In this document: piece by piece, positions 1 to 10,067 of the stretch
Layout: the number at the start of each line of letters is the position of its first letter
Numbering within the stretch: position 1 is the stretch's first letter
Source of the DNA: Bacteriovoracaceae bacterium
GTDB taxonomy: Bacteria > Bdellovibrionota > Bacteriovoracia > Bacteriovoracales > Bacteriovoracaceae
NCBI GenBank assembly: GCA_048270185.1
Contig: JBLWTJ010000002.1
Location: 512,001 to 576,000, forward strand
DNA length: 64,000 bases
Reading direction: 5' to 3'
Program-made: the position numbers and the translations under genes
The notes under the pieces: model-generated
Told to the model about the DNA's origin: nothing
Seen by the model: only the letters and a program-made list of their open reading frames with translations
Database searches by the model: none

Positions 1-1029
1 TTGTTGTGTAACAGATGAGGATACCTTACTAGAGGCCATGCTCATATTTGTACTTGATTTCTCTGTGACCTGTGATGATTCACGTAATTTCTCACTAAGC
101 GATACGATAACCTTAACTGATTTTGCGAAATTCTGCTGAAAGAACAGAGCAAAAACCGCAATAACAGCAAAGAGAATTGGAATATAGAGCTTAACCTTAT
201 TTTCGATATCTTTTATATGAGATAGATTATTATTAATCTTAGATTCAACAATAGTAATCGTTGAAGTTATCAGTGAGATCAATTTATTGGAACGCTCATA
301 AGCATCTGCCATATTCTTGTTTAACTCAACTTGATTATTCCATAATTTATTAAAAGAATTTATATAGTTATCGACTGACTTATTAAGGTCATCAGCAACA
401 TACTTTTTATAATTTCTTACTTTTAATTCGTTTTCAATTTTACTTGCCTCAACGGCCGCTTTCTTTACATATTTTTGGTCTCGTCGTAAAAGAAAGTCTT
501 TTTCGTGTCGTCTAAGCATGAGTAAAGAAACCATGAACGTAGGATTTAAATCATATTGTTTAATTTTCGTTTCAATTTCATGAGCAAAAGAACGTAGCTC
601 ACCTCTTAGCCCATTCTTTGAATCACCTTCTGCTTTAATATAACCTGTCGTTTCAGAGAAGTTTGATTGATAAGATGAATAGGCTTCATACATTTCTGTC
701 CAAGAAATTTCATCTAAATAGTCTACTTTTATATTTTTTGCTGAATCTAAAAGCTCAGTGTTTTCGACTTCAATTTCTTTAAATCGCTTTAGTGCATCTT
801 GTGACTGGTCGATGATATATTCTTTCTCTATAGAAATTTGTTCTTTCATATTACCAGAGATTTTTCTGAGATTATCTTTTAACTCTAAGTCATTCTGAAC
901 TGTCGTTCTTAACTCGTTAACTAAATTATCATAAGAGTAAATCGATATTCCAAGGCCCATACCAAACATGATAAAGATCCCAAGGAAACTAAAGATAGTC
1001 TTCTTATTCATCGACATTGTTGATTTCAT
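1..1029 (-). CDS. Methyl-accepting chemotaxis protein, N-terminal part (runs off the window edge)
   Basis: Hand translation from ATG at 1029: MKSTMSMNKKTIFSFLGIFIMFGMGLGISIY (TM1), a periplasmic helical sensor containing MLRRHEKDFLLRRD, then TM2 (IPILFAVIAVFALFF) and the start of a coiled coil. Lies directly after cheW. Confidence 0.85.
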   Translation of the reverse strand, partial: MKSTMSMNKKTIFSFLGIFIMFGMGLGISIYSYDNLVNELRTTVQNDLELKDNLRKISGNMKEQISIEKEYIIDQSQDALKRFKEIEVENTELLDSAKNIKVDYLDEISWTEMYEAYSSYQSNFSETTGYIKAEGDSKNGLRGELRSFAHEIETKIKQYDLNPTFMVSLLMLRRHEKDFLLRRDQKYVKKAAVEASKIENELKVRNYKKYVADDLNKSVDNYINSFNKLWNNQVELNKNMADAYERSNKLISLITSTITIVESKINNNLSHIKDIENKVKLYIPILFAVIAVFALFFQQNFAKSVKVIVSLSEKLRESSQVTEKSSTNMSMASSKVSSSVTQQ

Positions 1030-1067
1030 TCTATATCCCCATTACGTTCCACACTAAGCACAAATAA

Positions 1068-1535
1068 CTAAGCTGCTTTACTTGTAAATCCTGTTATCTC
1101 ATCAATATTTAGAATCTGTTGTAGTTCAACTAATTGAATCAGAGATTCGTTATGTCGATATACCCTATTGAGACGATCTTGCTTCTTTGTCTCAACAGAT
1201 GCAACTTCTTGAATTTGTTCTTCATCAACTGATAATACTTTGCAAATATTATCAACAACTATCCCAAGACATAATTCACCAAATTCAACAATGATAACTG
1301 CTTCTTCATTAGACTCAGCTGGCTTAACACCTAGTCGTGTTCTTAAGTCGATAATTGAAATTACTTGCCCTCTAAGGTTCATAATACCGACATAGTATTT
1401 TGGACTAAAAGGCACATTTGTTGTCTCTGGAACAGAGATAAGTTCTCTTACTTGAAGGAGTGGAATTGCATAATTCTCTTCACCAAGTTTGAATTCTAAG
1501 TATCTTTTTGTTACGTCTGAAATCTCATTTGTCAT
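1068..1535 (-). CDS. cheW: Chemotaxis coupling protein CheW
   Basis: YLEFKLGEENYAIPL, GIMNLRGQVISIIDLR and GIVVD motifs. ATG at 1535 follows a GGGGA SD; the ORF track starts at 1547. Confidence 0.95.
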   Translation of the reverse strand: MTNEISDVTKRYLEFKLGEENYAIPLLQVRELISVPETTNVPFSPKYYVGIMNLRGQVISIIDLRTRLGVKPAESNEEAVIIVEFGELCLGIVVDNICKVLSVDEEQIQEVASVETKKQDRLNRVYRHNESLIQLVELQQILNIDEITGFTSKAA

Positions 1536-1557
1536 AATTGTCCCCACTATTTTGAAA

Positions 1558-3588
1558 CTATGCTGCGTTTGTTACTGTTCTTTTTGATTTTGTTGTTACT
1601 TTACTTACTTTCTCTACCACTAATTCTTTTAAATCTAAGATTAGTGCTGGCTTTCCATTTCCAAGGATCGAACTTCCCATAAAACCTTGTGTATCTTTAA
1701 TATCATTACCTAAGCTTTTAATTACTACCTGTTGACGACGAAGAACATCATCAACAACAACGACAAAGTCCATTCCCTCAGTTCTTACGACCAGAGCAAT
1801 TTCATTTTTAACTTCTTCTTCAACCTTGTGCTTTAGAAGTTGACTTAGTCTAAATGCAGGAAGAACTTGACCCCTAAGTACAATACATCCACCAACATTA
1901 TTTACTTTCTTATAATTTTCTTCACTTACTGATACCGTTTCATGAATTAGGTTAAGAGGTACAACATAGTTCTCAGTACCTACTCTAGTAACCATTCCTT
2001 CAATAATTGCCATAGTGAGAGGAAGTTTGATTTTAAATACTGAACCTTTACCAACTTCCGATTTAACCTCAACGGCACCAGAAATATCTTGGATATTCTT
2101 TTTAACAACATCCATACCAACCCCACGGCCAGAAATTTCACTTACCGCTTCTTTCGTTGAGAAACCTGGGGCAAATATTAGGTTAATAGCATCTTGATCA
2201 CTTAACTTATCTGCGCTTTTAATAACACCCTTCTCAATAGCTTTTTGCTTAATGATTTCAGGATCAATTCCTTTTCCATCATCAACAACCTCAATCACAA
2301 GGCTATTACCCTCATGAAATGCTTTCAAATAAATCTCACCTGCTTCACTCTTTCCCGAAGCTAAACGCTCTTCTGAACTTTTCTCAAGTCCATGGTCTAC
2401 TGCATTTCTAATAATGTGAACTAAAGGATCTGACAATTGCTCAAGAATGCTCTTATCAACCTCAGTCTCTTCACCAATGATAGTAAGATTAACTTTCTTA
2501 CCAAGTGCCTTTGAAGTATCTCTAACAATACGTTGGAGTTTTGAAAATGTTGTTTTTAATGGAACCATTCTCATCTTCATTGATATGTCTTGAATTTCTT
2601 TTGTAATTTTAGATAAGTGACTAACACTCTTTCTAACGTGCTCATCTGTCACGAGGTCGTTACACTCACTTAATACAGTTTGCAGAATCACTAATTCTCC
2701 AACATAGTTATTAAGTTTTTCAACACGACTAATTCCGATACGAATTGTCTCTTCAGGTTTGGCCGGCTTCTTCGCAACAGGAGCAGCCTTAGTCTCTTTC
2801 ACTTCTTTTGTCGCTGCCGTATTAGAAACTGCCATTTTTTCTGCTGCACTTTGAATTGGTACAACATTATCACTACCGCTCATTAGCTTATCAAGGTCAT
2901 TAGGTTCTTCAGCCTTAACTTCTTCGATTTTTACGTCTTGAGTTTCGACCATATTTCCATAGAGAAGTCGATCTAGATCATCAATATCATCAAGAGAAGG
3001 TCTACTATCAACTTCCTCGGCAGATTCTTCGATATCTCCTTGGGCGAAGATTTCTTCTAATCCTTCATCCTCTTCTTCACAAGATTCAAGTGCAGAAATT
3101 TCATCAACACTTATTTCTTCCTCAGCTTCAAATGTATCTTCTTCAGAGTCTTCAGGTAAGTGTGAGATTTTTAATTCAGGATGATTAACGTCTGCGCTAC
3201 CAACGGCTTTAATCATCTCGATAATTTCATCTGAATCAAAGCTAGCACTAATATCATCTCTTAATCCAGAGATCATATTATTTAAATGATCTGAACATTT
3301 AAGAAATACATCTATCACTTCAGCACAGATCTCAACTTCACCCTTTTTAACTTTAAGAATGAGCTCTTCCATCTCATGTGTAAACTCAGCAACATCACTG
3401 AATTCAACTGCTCGAGAAGTTCCCTTCAAATTATGAGCTAAACGAAAGATCTTATCGATATGCTCTGCTGGGTTTTCAACACCTGATTCAAGTTCAAGAA
3501 AAGATTCCTCACAGTCTTCAAGAAGTTGAATCGCTTCTTCTAGGAAATCCATTTTTAATTCTAATTCAAACTCATCCATAATCTTCAC
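1558..3588 (-). CDS. cheA: Chemotaxis histidine kinase CheA
   Basis: Hpt domain (FRLAHNLKG), HIIRNAVDHG, DDGKG, PGFST and GRGVGMDVV kinase boxes, C-terminal CheW domain. An acidic linker sits where P2 would be. The start may be ATG 3579. Confidence 0.97.
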   Translation of the reverse strand: MKIMDEFELELKMDFLEEAIQLLEDCEESFLELESGVENPAEHIDKIFRLAHNLKGTSRAVEFSDVAEFTHEMEELILKVKKGEVEICAEVIDVFLKCSDHLNNMISGLRDDISASFDSDEIIEMIKAVGSADVNHPELKISHLPEDSEEDTFEAEEEISVDEISALESCEEEDEGLEEIFAQGDIEESAEEVDSRPSLDDIDDLDRLLYGNMVETQDVKIEEVKAEEPNDLDKLMSGSDNVVPIQSAAEKMAVSNTAATKEVKETKAAPVAKKPAKPEETIRIGISRVEKLNNYVGELVILQTVLSECNDLVTDEHVRKSVSHLSKITKEIQDISMKMRMVPLKTTFSKLQRIVRDTSKALGKKVNLTIIGEETEVDKSILEQLSDPLVHIIRNAVDHGLEKSSEERLASGKSEAGEIYLKAFHEGNSLVIEVVDDGKGIDPEIIKQKAIEKGVIKSADKLSDQDAINLIFAPGFSTKEAVSEISGRGVGMDVVKKNIQDISGAVEVKSEVGKGSVFKIKLPLTMAIIEGMVTRVGTENYVVPLNLIHETVSVSEENYKKVNNVGGCIVLRGQVLPAFRLSQLLKHKVEEEVKNEIALVVRTEGMDFVVVVDDVLRRQQVVIKSLGNDIKDTQGFMGSSILGNGKPALILDLKELVVEKVSKVTTKSKRTVTNAA

Positions 3589-3615
3589 ATCTTCATTAAA
3601 GTTACTAGTGCTATT

Positions 3616-3642
3616 TTTTCGGACTTTCCGCTAATTTAATTA
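3616..3642 (-). promoter_or_regulatory. Possible internal sigma28 promoter for cheA
   Basis: TAAT-N15-TCCGAAAA compared with consensus TAAA-N15-GCCGATAA. Confidence 0.35.
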
Positions 3643-3729
3643 GTATTTTTAATCACTTGGTCAAAATTTCTGTAAATAAGCTTAATTTGCTTCAACCTTA
3701 TTTATCGTATTTCAATGCTAAGTTACCGA

Positions 3730-4569
3730 CTATTCGTCAGCTGTCCCCAATAAAATATAAATATAAAATGAGCCCATTTTTGTCGCGAGAGGAATCATAA
3801 GGGACTCAAACTGATCTAAGTCAATTTCTGAGAAGTTCTCTCTCAGAATAACTGACGGAATAGCACGATCAATAACAATACCTCTATTCTGATTTAAGCT
3901 TGCTTTTGCCTGTCCAAGTGTAATATTTGTAAACTCAGCAATTGCATCTTTTACGTCATCGTTTAACTCATTATAATCTTCACCAAATATTTCATTATAG
4001 ATTCCTATAAAAACAATATCAGGAAAACAAATGAGTAGCCTTCCATTGAAAGATTCATTCTGGACATCAATAGAACCAATTACACCAATATCATAACTCT
4101 CAAAATCTTTAGCTTTTGAAACTTTACCTGGTAAAACCTTTAAGTTCGCTTGTACTCCGAATGTATCAATTGCTGCTTGAATAAATGGGTTTACAAAATT
4201 GACGTCTAACTCAATTCTTTTCTTTTTTAAATTGAGCTCTTGAAGCCTTTTAGCTATTGATTCGGTAATATTGAATTTTTCATCAACATAATCACTCTTT
4301 AGTTCTCTCACTAAAGATGATCTAACATTGATTGAATAAATCAAAATAGACTTTTCTTGGGCCGATTTAAATAGTCTAAATATTTCATTATATATTTTAG
4401 GAGAAATATATTCGACGGCCTTAAGATCTAAAATGATCATTTTATCTTTTTCATCTTCAAGAATTGCATCAAAGATCATCGATAAAGACTTCACACAATC
4501 TTGATCAATATCTCCCGAAAATGATAGTACTGAGAAATGGTTTTTGGTGATTCGTTCAACCATGCCCAT
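3730..4569 (-). CDS. STAS domain fused to a CheX-like chemotaxis phosphatase
   Basis: N-terminal SFSGDID...IILDLKAVEYIS (STAS-like). C-terminal VNPFIQA...DAIAEFTNITLGQAK (CheX E-x2-N motif). Lies within the che operon. Confidence 0.75.
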   Translation of the reverse strand: MGMVERITKNHFSVLSFSGDIDQDCVKSLSMIFDAILEDEKDKMIILDLKAVEYISPKIYNEIFRLFKSAQEKSILIYSINVRSSLVRELKSDYVDEKFNITESIAKRLQELNLKKKRIELDVNFVNPFIQAAIDTFGVQANLKVLPGKVSKAKDFESYDIGVIGSIDVQNESFNGRLLICFPDIVFIGIYNEIFGEDYNELNDDVKDAIAEFTNITLGQAKASLNQNRGIVIDRAIPSVILRENFSEIDLDQFESLMIPLATKMGSFYIYILLGTADE

Positions 4570-4584
4570 AACGACCTCCTCAAA

Positions 4585-4998
4585 TTAACCAGCTGGAAAC
4601 CTTTTCTTCATCGCAAGCGATAATCTCTTTTTAAATGAGATCTGATCGAATGGTTTAATTACATAGCCATCAACATCACTTGCAATGGCCTCTTGAATTT
4701 GAGCAACGTCTTGTTCGGCCGTAACCATAACAAAAGGCATTTCTTTGAAGTTCTCACTTCCACGAATTGTTTTTAATAAATCAAGACCTGTAGCATTTGG
4801 CATACTCCAGTCAGAAATAATAAAAGAGATCTCATTTGGGCCTCCTTTATTTTCAACAATCTTCTTTAAGGCATCTTTACCATCAACTGCCTCAACAAAT
4901 TTATCTGCTCCGAGATCACGTAGTAGCTTTTTTACAATTTTTCTCATTGTGCTCATGTCATCTACAATCAAAAAAGAAAACTTTTTTAAATCTTCCAT
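4585..4998 (-). CDS. cheY: CheY response regulator
   Basis: LIVDDMSTMRKIV, DWSMPNATG, VTAE and KPF motifs. First gene of the che operon. Confidence 0.9.
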   Translation of the reverse strand: MEDLKKFSFLIVDDMSTMRKIVKKLLRDLGADKFVEAVDGKDALKKIVENKGGPNEISFIISDWSMPNATGLDLLKTIRGSENFKEMPFVMVTAEQDVAQIQEAIASDVDGYVIKPFDQISFKKRLSLAMKKRFPAG

Positions 4999-5127
4999 AT
5001 TTTCTCCTAATGAAAACTTTAACTAGCCAATCTTACCCCAAGACAAAACTTCCAGTTAGAATATCGATTTTGCCACACAAACAAATTAAGTTACTTTTCT
5101 CTATATATTTGCTGTATATCTAAGTAT

Positions 5128-5154
5128 TTATCGGTGTTTCCTTTGGTTAACTTA
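5128..5154 (-). promoter_or_regulatory. sigma28 (FliA) promoter of the che operon
   Basis: TAAG-N15-ACCGATAA on the minus strand, 130 bp upstream of cheY. Confidence 0.65.
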
Positions 5155-5401
5155 AAGAAAAAAGTGTCAATAAATTAATATTTTATGAGATAAGTCATAA
5201 GAACCTATGTTATTTCAATAGATTTCATCGTTTTCCTAAGTGACTAAAATCATGTTGTAACAATTTTTATTTCAGAGTAGATGCCAACAAAATAAAATAT
5301 AATTAACTCACTAAATTATTTTTCATGTTTAAACGCTGTTCACACTGTATAAGGATTACAGTTAAACACCTGGATTTCATTGAAGATGCTAAATTTAGGA
5401 T

Positions 5402-7402
5402 ATGAAGAATATACTTATCGCAATCCTCCTTTGTGGCCCCCTATTAACGAATGCACAAGAGACTAATAATTTAGTTGATAAACCCCTAATATCACAGGAC
5501 CAAAAACGAGGTGACTCAAATAAGAATAAAGTCATTCATTATCTGCAAGAGCATTTAAGTAGAGAGAATATAAACCGCCAACTTCTTGATGCATTCAATA
5601 GTTTAAAAATTGACTTAGATACAGATATTTTTAAAGTCAAAATTTCTGATGGCCTATCAATCAAAGGAAACTACGCATACGAAGTTGAAAAATCCTATAT
5701 TCAAAATCAATACACGAGACGTGATACATATGACTTAAAAATAGATCACGATCCAAAGAGATCATTCTTTCCAAATTTACAAACACCTGTTTTTTTAAAA
5801 GCTAATCGAGATAATAAAGTCATAATTTCAAGACAATACGATAAAAAGATTGATGCGATGAAGGCCTTGCCATTTAATATTGCAAGACTACCAATTCGTG
5901 CAAAGAATGTTGAGCGTTTAGATAAAGGTGACTTTATTTCTATCCCAGCCTCAATGGCCGTCACAACAGGTTTTTCATATAGCGACATTGCGCCTGTGCT
6001 CAATACGGGAGTGACAGGTTTTTTTACAATGGCGGGTGAATTTCTAATTCAAGTTTATAAACTCGAAGAACAAAAAGTTAGAGTAAAAATCATCGCTGAA
6101 AAAAAGAAAACAACGGGTCTATCTTTTAAAAGTCGATTTGGTGTTGAACTTTTTAGTTTTGAATTGCTCGGATTTGATATTGAACCTGAGTATAAAATCG
6201 AGTGGATTAAATTCGATTCATCTAAAACAAAGGGTAATATTATCCTTGCTGACTATATTTTTCATTTAGAACATAAAGAATCTAGAACACTTTATAATAA
6301 ACTCTTTAATAATGTTTTCAAATTTAAAGAGGCGAAGCTACTTGCAGAGTCACTGAATTCAGATCTTCTCGATCGCTACTATGTTGTAAACCTAGAAGAT
6401 GTAGACCGAATTGCTCGTGCTGATGGATTAAAAACTAATCCTCGTATTGAAAGAGTTTTCAAAGGTAATAATCGTTACACTTCAAAGACAACAGGTCTTA
6501 AACTTGATCTTAAATTATTTGAATTAACAACCAGAAGTCACTTAATTAATAATAAGTTTATTTTTGAAAAACTAAATGGTGAGAATATTACTTTTCATTA
6601 TCCAAGTTACACAAAGAGAACAAAGAACAAATTAACACTTAAAATCTTCAATACTAACGAAGAAAAGATCTTGTCATATTATGGCCTAACATCACCACAT
6701 AATGATCACAAATTCCTAAATACAGGAGTAACTTTTAATCGACGCGATAATGATTTTGGTAAGTTTGAACAACGTCGATTTAAAAATATACTAGGAGGTT
6801 TACTTCCACTAAAGTACAGAGATGAAGTACTAGCAAAGATCCCTGAAATTAAGCGCTATATTAACTTTAATGGGAATATTACAATGATCTTTAAGAAAGA
6901 AGCATTTGAAGAGTTTGATAAGTATTCTCTTGAAGACTTCACAAGTGTTATTAGTGAACACTTAAGAGATAAGAAATTCTTTAGAAAAAGTATACGCAAT
7001 AAAGATGACCATAGAAATCCTTGGTATTTAAGTGATGATGAATACAACAGAAAGGCAAAACGCCTGGCAAAACAACTCTATAAGATCATTAAGAGTGAAC
7101 TTCCTTATAATGAAAAGCTTGAAGTGTTTATGAAGAAACTCAAAAGCTTAAGTAAGGAATATTATATTCTTCAAGTACTAACGATGCTTCTTCCTCAAGA
7201 TCAACTTGAAGACTATTTGTATCTTGATCTCTATATTGCAGATGACTCGGAAACACTAGTAGATATGACAATTGGAACAAATGAATACTCAGAGGTTTAC
7301 AAACAATTAGAGTACTTAAACCGTTATATTCGAGGGCACGGAGAGGATCTAAGAATCGAAGAACAAGTTGGTAAAATAGAAGAAATACAAAAAATTGATT
7401 AA
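5402..7402 (+). CDS. Secreted hypothetical protein (666 aa)
   Basis: Long ORF with an AGGA SD and a Sec-type signal peptide (MKNILIAILLCGPLLTNA-Q). No family recognised. Confidence 0.8.
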   Translation: MKNILIAILLCGPLLTNAQETNNLVDKPLISQDQKRGDSNKNKVIHYLQEHLSRENINRQLLDAFNSLKIDLDTDIFKVKISDGLSIKGNYAYEVEKSYIQNQYTRRDTYDLKIDHDPKRSFFPNLQTPVFLKANRDNKVIISRQYDKKIDAMKALPFNIARLPIRAKNVERLDKGDFISIPASMAVTTGFSYSDIAPVLNTGVTGFFTMAGEFLIQVYKLEEQKVRVKIIAEKKKTTGLSFKSRFGVELFSFELLGFDIEPEYKIEWIKFDSSKTKGNIILADYIFHLEHKESRTLYNKLFNNVFKFKEAKLLAESLNSDLLDRYYVVNLEDVDRIARADGLKTNPRIERVFKGNNRYTSKTTGLKLDLKLFELTTRSHLINNKFIFEKLNGENITFHYPSYTKRTKNKLTLKIFNTNEEKILSYYGLTSPHNDHKFLNTGVTFNRRDNDFGKFEQRRFKNILGGLLPLKYRDEVLAKIPEIKRYINFNGNITMIFKKEAFEEFDKYSLEDFTSVISEHLRDKKFFRKSIRNKDDHRNPWYLSDDEYNRKAKRLAKQLYKIIKSELPYNEKLEVFMKKLKSLSKEYYILQVLTMLLPQDQLEDYLYLDLYIADDSETLVDMTIGTNEYSEVYKQLEYLNRYIRGHGEDLRIEEQVGKIEEIQKID

Positions 7403-7430
7403 AAAAAAAGCCGCATAAGCGGCTTTTTTT
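7402..7430. terminator. Bidirectional intrinsic terminator
   Basis: A-tract, GCCGC-ATAA-GCGGC, T-tract, between convergent genes. Confidence 0.9.
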
Positions 7431-8466
7431 ATTTTAGAAATTCTACGTGAACTGGTTTTTCTTGAGCAGCTTGCTCTTTCTTTGCAATACGAGCTTTCTT
7501 CTTATCCTGTCTCTTCTTGTGAGCGGCTTCTCTTTCTTCGTATGCTTGTCTTCTTAACTCTTTTTCTTTTGCCTTCTTTGTCTCAGAAATCTCTTTAATC
7601 GACTGGAAGTAAGTCTCTCTTCTAAACTTAGTGAAAGCTTTATCATCAGCGGCAGTACAGCCTTGATGACCTTTATTCTTAAGATTGATTGATTTCTTTG
7701 TTGAAATGTACTCAACAGCAGTTTCTAGCTTCTTTCCATTACTATCAATACCAATAGCAGCTAAAAGACTTTTCTTTGTAACAAGTCTGTACGATCCTGG
7801 AGCAATTCCCTCAACAGTAAGTCCACCAATTGAAATACGTTTTAGTTTATCAACGGTAAGACCTGCCCCTTCACACATACGACGAATTTCACGGTTCTTA
7901 CCTTCGTTAATTCTAAACTCTAACCAAGTCTTTGTTTGAAGTTGTTTAATAACACGTACAGATTGTGGTTTTGTCATCACACCATCAATATAAACACCTG
8001 CTCTCAATTTTTTTAGCAGAAATTCATTAACGGCACCAAATACCTTAACTTCATACACTTTTGTTAGATCTGAACTTGGGTGAATAACAAGATTTGCAAA
8101 GTCACCATCGTTAGTTAGAAGAAGTAGACCTTCTGAAAGATAGTCAAGACGGCCAACAGGATAGATTCTCTCACTGATCTCTTTACAAAGATCAATTACA
8201 GTTTGTCTTCCCTCTGGGTCATTAACTGTTGTCATGATCCCACGTGGTTTATTCATAACCATATATATTTTTTCAACGGCCTGTAGATCCGCAATCTTTC
8301 CATCAACGATAACAGCGTCGATATTTGGATTAACTTTTGTTCCAAGCTCTCTGATTGCAATACCATTAACCTTAACTCGTCCTTGAACGATTAAGTCTTC
8401 GGCCTTACGGCGTGAAGTGATTCCACAATCTGCAATAAATTTTTGTAAGCGAACTAATTTTGACAT
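7429..8466 (-). CDS. rluB: 23S rRNA pseudouridine synthase, RluB/RsuA family
   Basis: S4 domain (RLQKFIADCGITSRRKAE), NKPRG, catalytic GRLD, EGKNREIRR, lysine-rich tail. scpA-scpB-rluB synteny. Confidence 0.9.
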   Translation of the reverse strand: MSKLVRLQKFIADCGITSRRKAEDLIVQGRVKVNGIAIRELGTKVNPNIDAVIVDGKIADLQAVEKIYMVMNKPRGIMTTVNDPEGRQTVIDLCKEISERIYPVGRLDYLSEGLLLLTNDGDFANLVIHPSSDLTKVYEVKVFGAVNEFLLKKLRAGVYIDGVMTKPQSVRVIKQLQTKTWLEFRINEGKNREIRRMCEGAGLTVDKLKRISIGGLTVEGIAPGSYRLVTKKSLLAAIGIDSNGKKLETAVEYISTKKSINLKNKGHQGCTAADDKAFTKFRRETYFQSIKEISETKKAKEKELRRQAYEEREAAHKKRQDKKKARIAKKEQAAQEKPVHVEFLK

Positions 8467-8510
8467 TTGATTCTCCTATCTGCCATCTCGGCGGTTAAAA
8501 GTCATAAAGA

Positions 8511-8548
8511 AAAAGCTTACGTCTAAATAGAACTAAACGTAAGCTTTT
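8511..8548 (-). terminator. Inverted repeat between scpB and rluB (terminator or attenuator)
   Basis: AAAAGCTTACGT-N14-ACGTAAGCTTTT. Confidence 0.5.
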
Positions 8549-8570
8549 ACAAGTATTAAGTAATTATTTC

Positions 8571-10043
8571 TTAATCGAGAAGTGAGTCTGAGTCCTCTAA
8601 GTCCTTGTTATTTAGAAAGTCTAAGTCTAAATCAAGATCACGGGCCCCATTAATTAAGTTTTGAGTCGTTTCATTGATATTATCTGTGAATTCTGCATCC
8701 ATTTCATCTTGTGGCAGATCTGATCCCCCACCGAATAATTTAGAGAAGGCATCATCAAGGGCCTGGGCCAATTGATCCTCTTCTGAAGATGACTTTGTTT
8801 CATCAATAATTGCAATTTCTTCAATCTCTTGTTGTGGTTCTAAGGCCACAGTCTCTTCTGCGTCAGGAGCCAAAATTGCTTCAGCAACTTCTTCAAGAGC
8901 TTCTTCAACAGTAATATCTTTAATAACTTCACCTGAATCCAGGTCAATCATTTCAAATTCTTCTTCCTCTTCTTCAGGAATGTTAAATGGGCCTTTCGTT
9001 AGATCTTCAATAACTTCAGGACAAGTGATGGCAGTAAAAACTTCAGAAGCTGCTGATTCAATATTTGAGCCAGTCACAAGAGAGTTATCAAGATGTCTTT
9101 CTAATAGATCGAAGGCCGTAAGTACTTCTTCTCCTTCAACATTACTCTTTCTCTTTCTTTCTTGAACTTTAAGAGACTTAGTGAATGCAGTTTCTGAATC
9201 GATTTCTTTAATCGACATGGCAATATTATCAAGCTCTTCAATCTCATCTTGATCAAAGCGTGATGCAAGATCGGCATTAACAAGAGTTTTAATGTCCTCA
9301 ATTTTACCAACACCTTGAGCAGCAATTTCAGAAAGCTCATGCTCAGGTGGAAGTTGATCAATATTTGCAAGGTTAAATACTTCTAAGAACTCAGCAGTTG
9401 TTCCGTAAAGAACAGGACGACCAACTTCATCAGAGCGGCCTTCAACTTTAACAAGTCTCTTATCCATTAGACCGCGAACAATGTGAGAGCTATCCACTCC
9501 GCGGATCTTTTCAATTTCAATTTTAGAAACTGGCTGCTTATAAGCAATAATAGCAAGTACTTCAAGAGCAGTTGGAGAAAGAACTAGTTCATTGATTTTG
9601 AATAGGTCTTGCACATATTTAGAGAAAGTTGCTTTTGTTCTAAATTGGTAACCATTAGCAACTTCTTGTAGTCTAATACCATGGTGCTTTGATTCATACT
9701 CATCTTGTAGACGAGTAATCGCTTCGTGTACAACACGCAGAGGAATATCTTCATCAATTAATGATTTAATCTTCATTAGTGGAACTGGCTTATCGCTCAT
9801 GAAAACGATTGTCTCAATTGCTCCACAAATAGTTTCTTCGTTTAAGCCAGTTCTGGCCTTCCAAAGCTTATCTTCTTGAAGCTTTTCATCTGCAAAGTCT
9901 GACTCCAGTTTTAAATACTCTTCTGGAAACTCAAGGTCAGCATCACTTGGCATTAGTACCATTTCTAGCTCTTCAAGCATTTCCTCATCAGTTGAAAGAA
10001 ACTCAAGGTTTAATTCATTTGTTGTCGTTGTATTCTCATCCAT
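8571..10043 (-). CDS. scpB: SMC-Scp complex subunit ScpB with long acidic extensions
   Basis: AIETIVF, EVANGYQFRT, ALEVLAIIAYKQP, IRGVDS, GRPVLYGTT and FLEVFNL motifs. Confidence 0.93.
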   Translation of the reverse strand: MDENTTTTNELNLEFLSTDEEMLEELEMVLMPSDADLEFPEEYLKLESDFADEKLQEDKLWKARTGLNEETICGAIETIVFMSDKPVPLMKIKSLIDEDIPLRVVHEAITRLQDEYESKHHGIRLQEVANGYQFRTKATFSKYVQDLFKINELVLSPTALEVLAIIAYKQPVSKIEIEKIRGVDSSHIVRGLMDKRLVKVEGRSDEVGRPVLYGTTAEFLEVFNLANIDQLPPEHELSEIAAQGVGKIEDIKTLVNADLASRFDQDEIEELDNIAMSIKEIDSETAFTKSLKVQERKRKSNVEGEEVLTAFDLLERHLDNSLVTGSNIESAASEVFTAITCPEVIEDLTKGPFNIPEEEEEEFEMIDLDSGEVIKDITVEEALEEVAEAILAPDAEETVALEPQQEIEEIAIIDETKSSSEEDQLAQALDDAFSKLFGGGSDLPQDEMDAEFTDNINETTQNLINGARDLDLDLDFLNNKDLEDSDSLLD

Positions 10044-10067
10044 TGTGTGTGCTCTCTCTAATAACGA

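Noticed and set aside
5271..5287. sigma54-like TTGGCATC on the minus strand upstream of cheY
   Set aside because: The -12 element reads GA instead of GC; the sigma28 match is better
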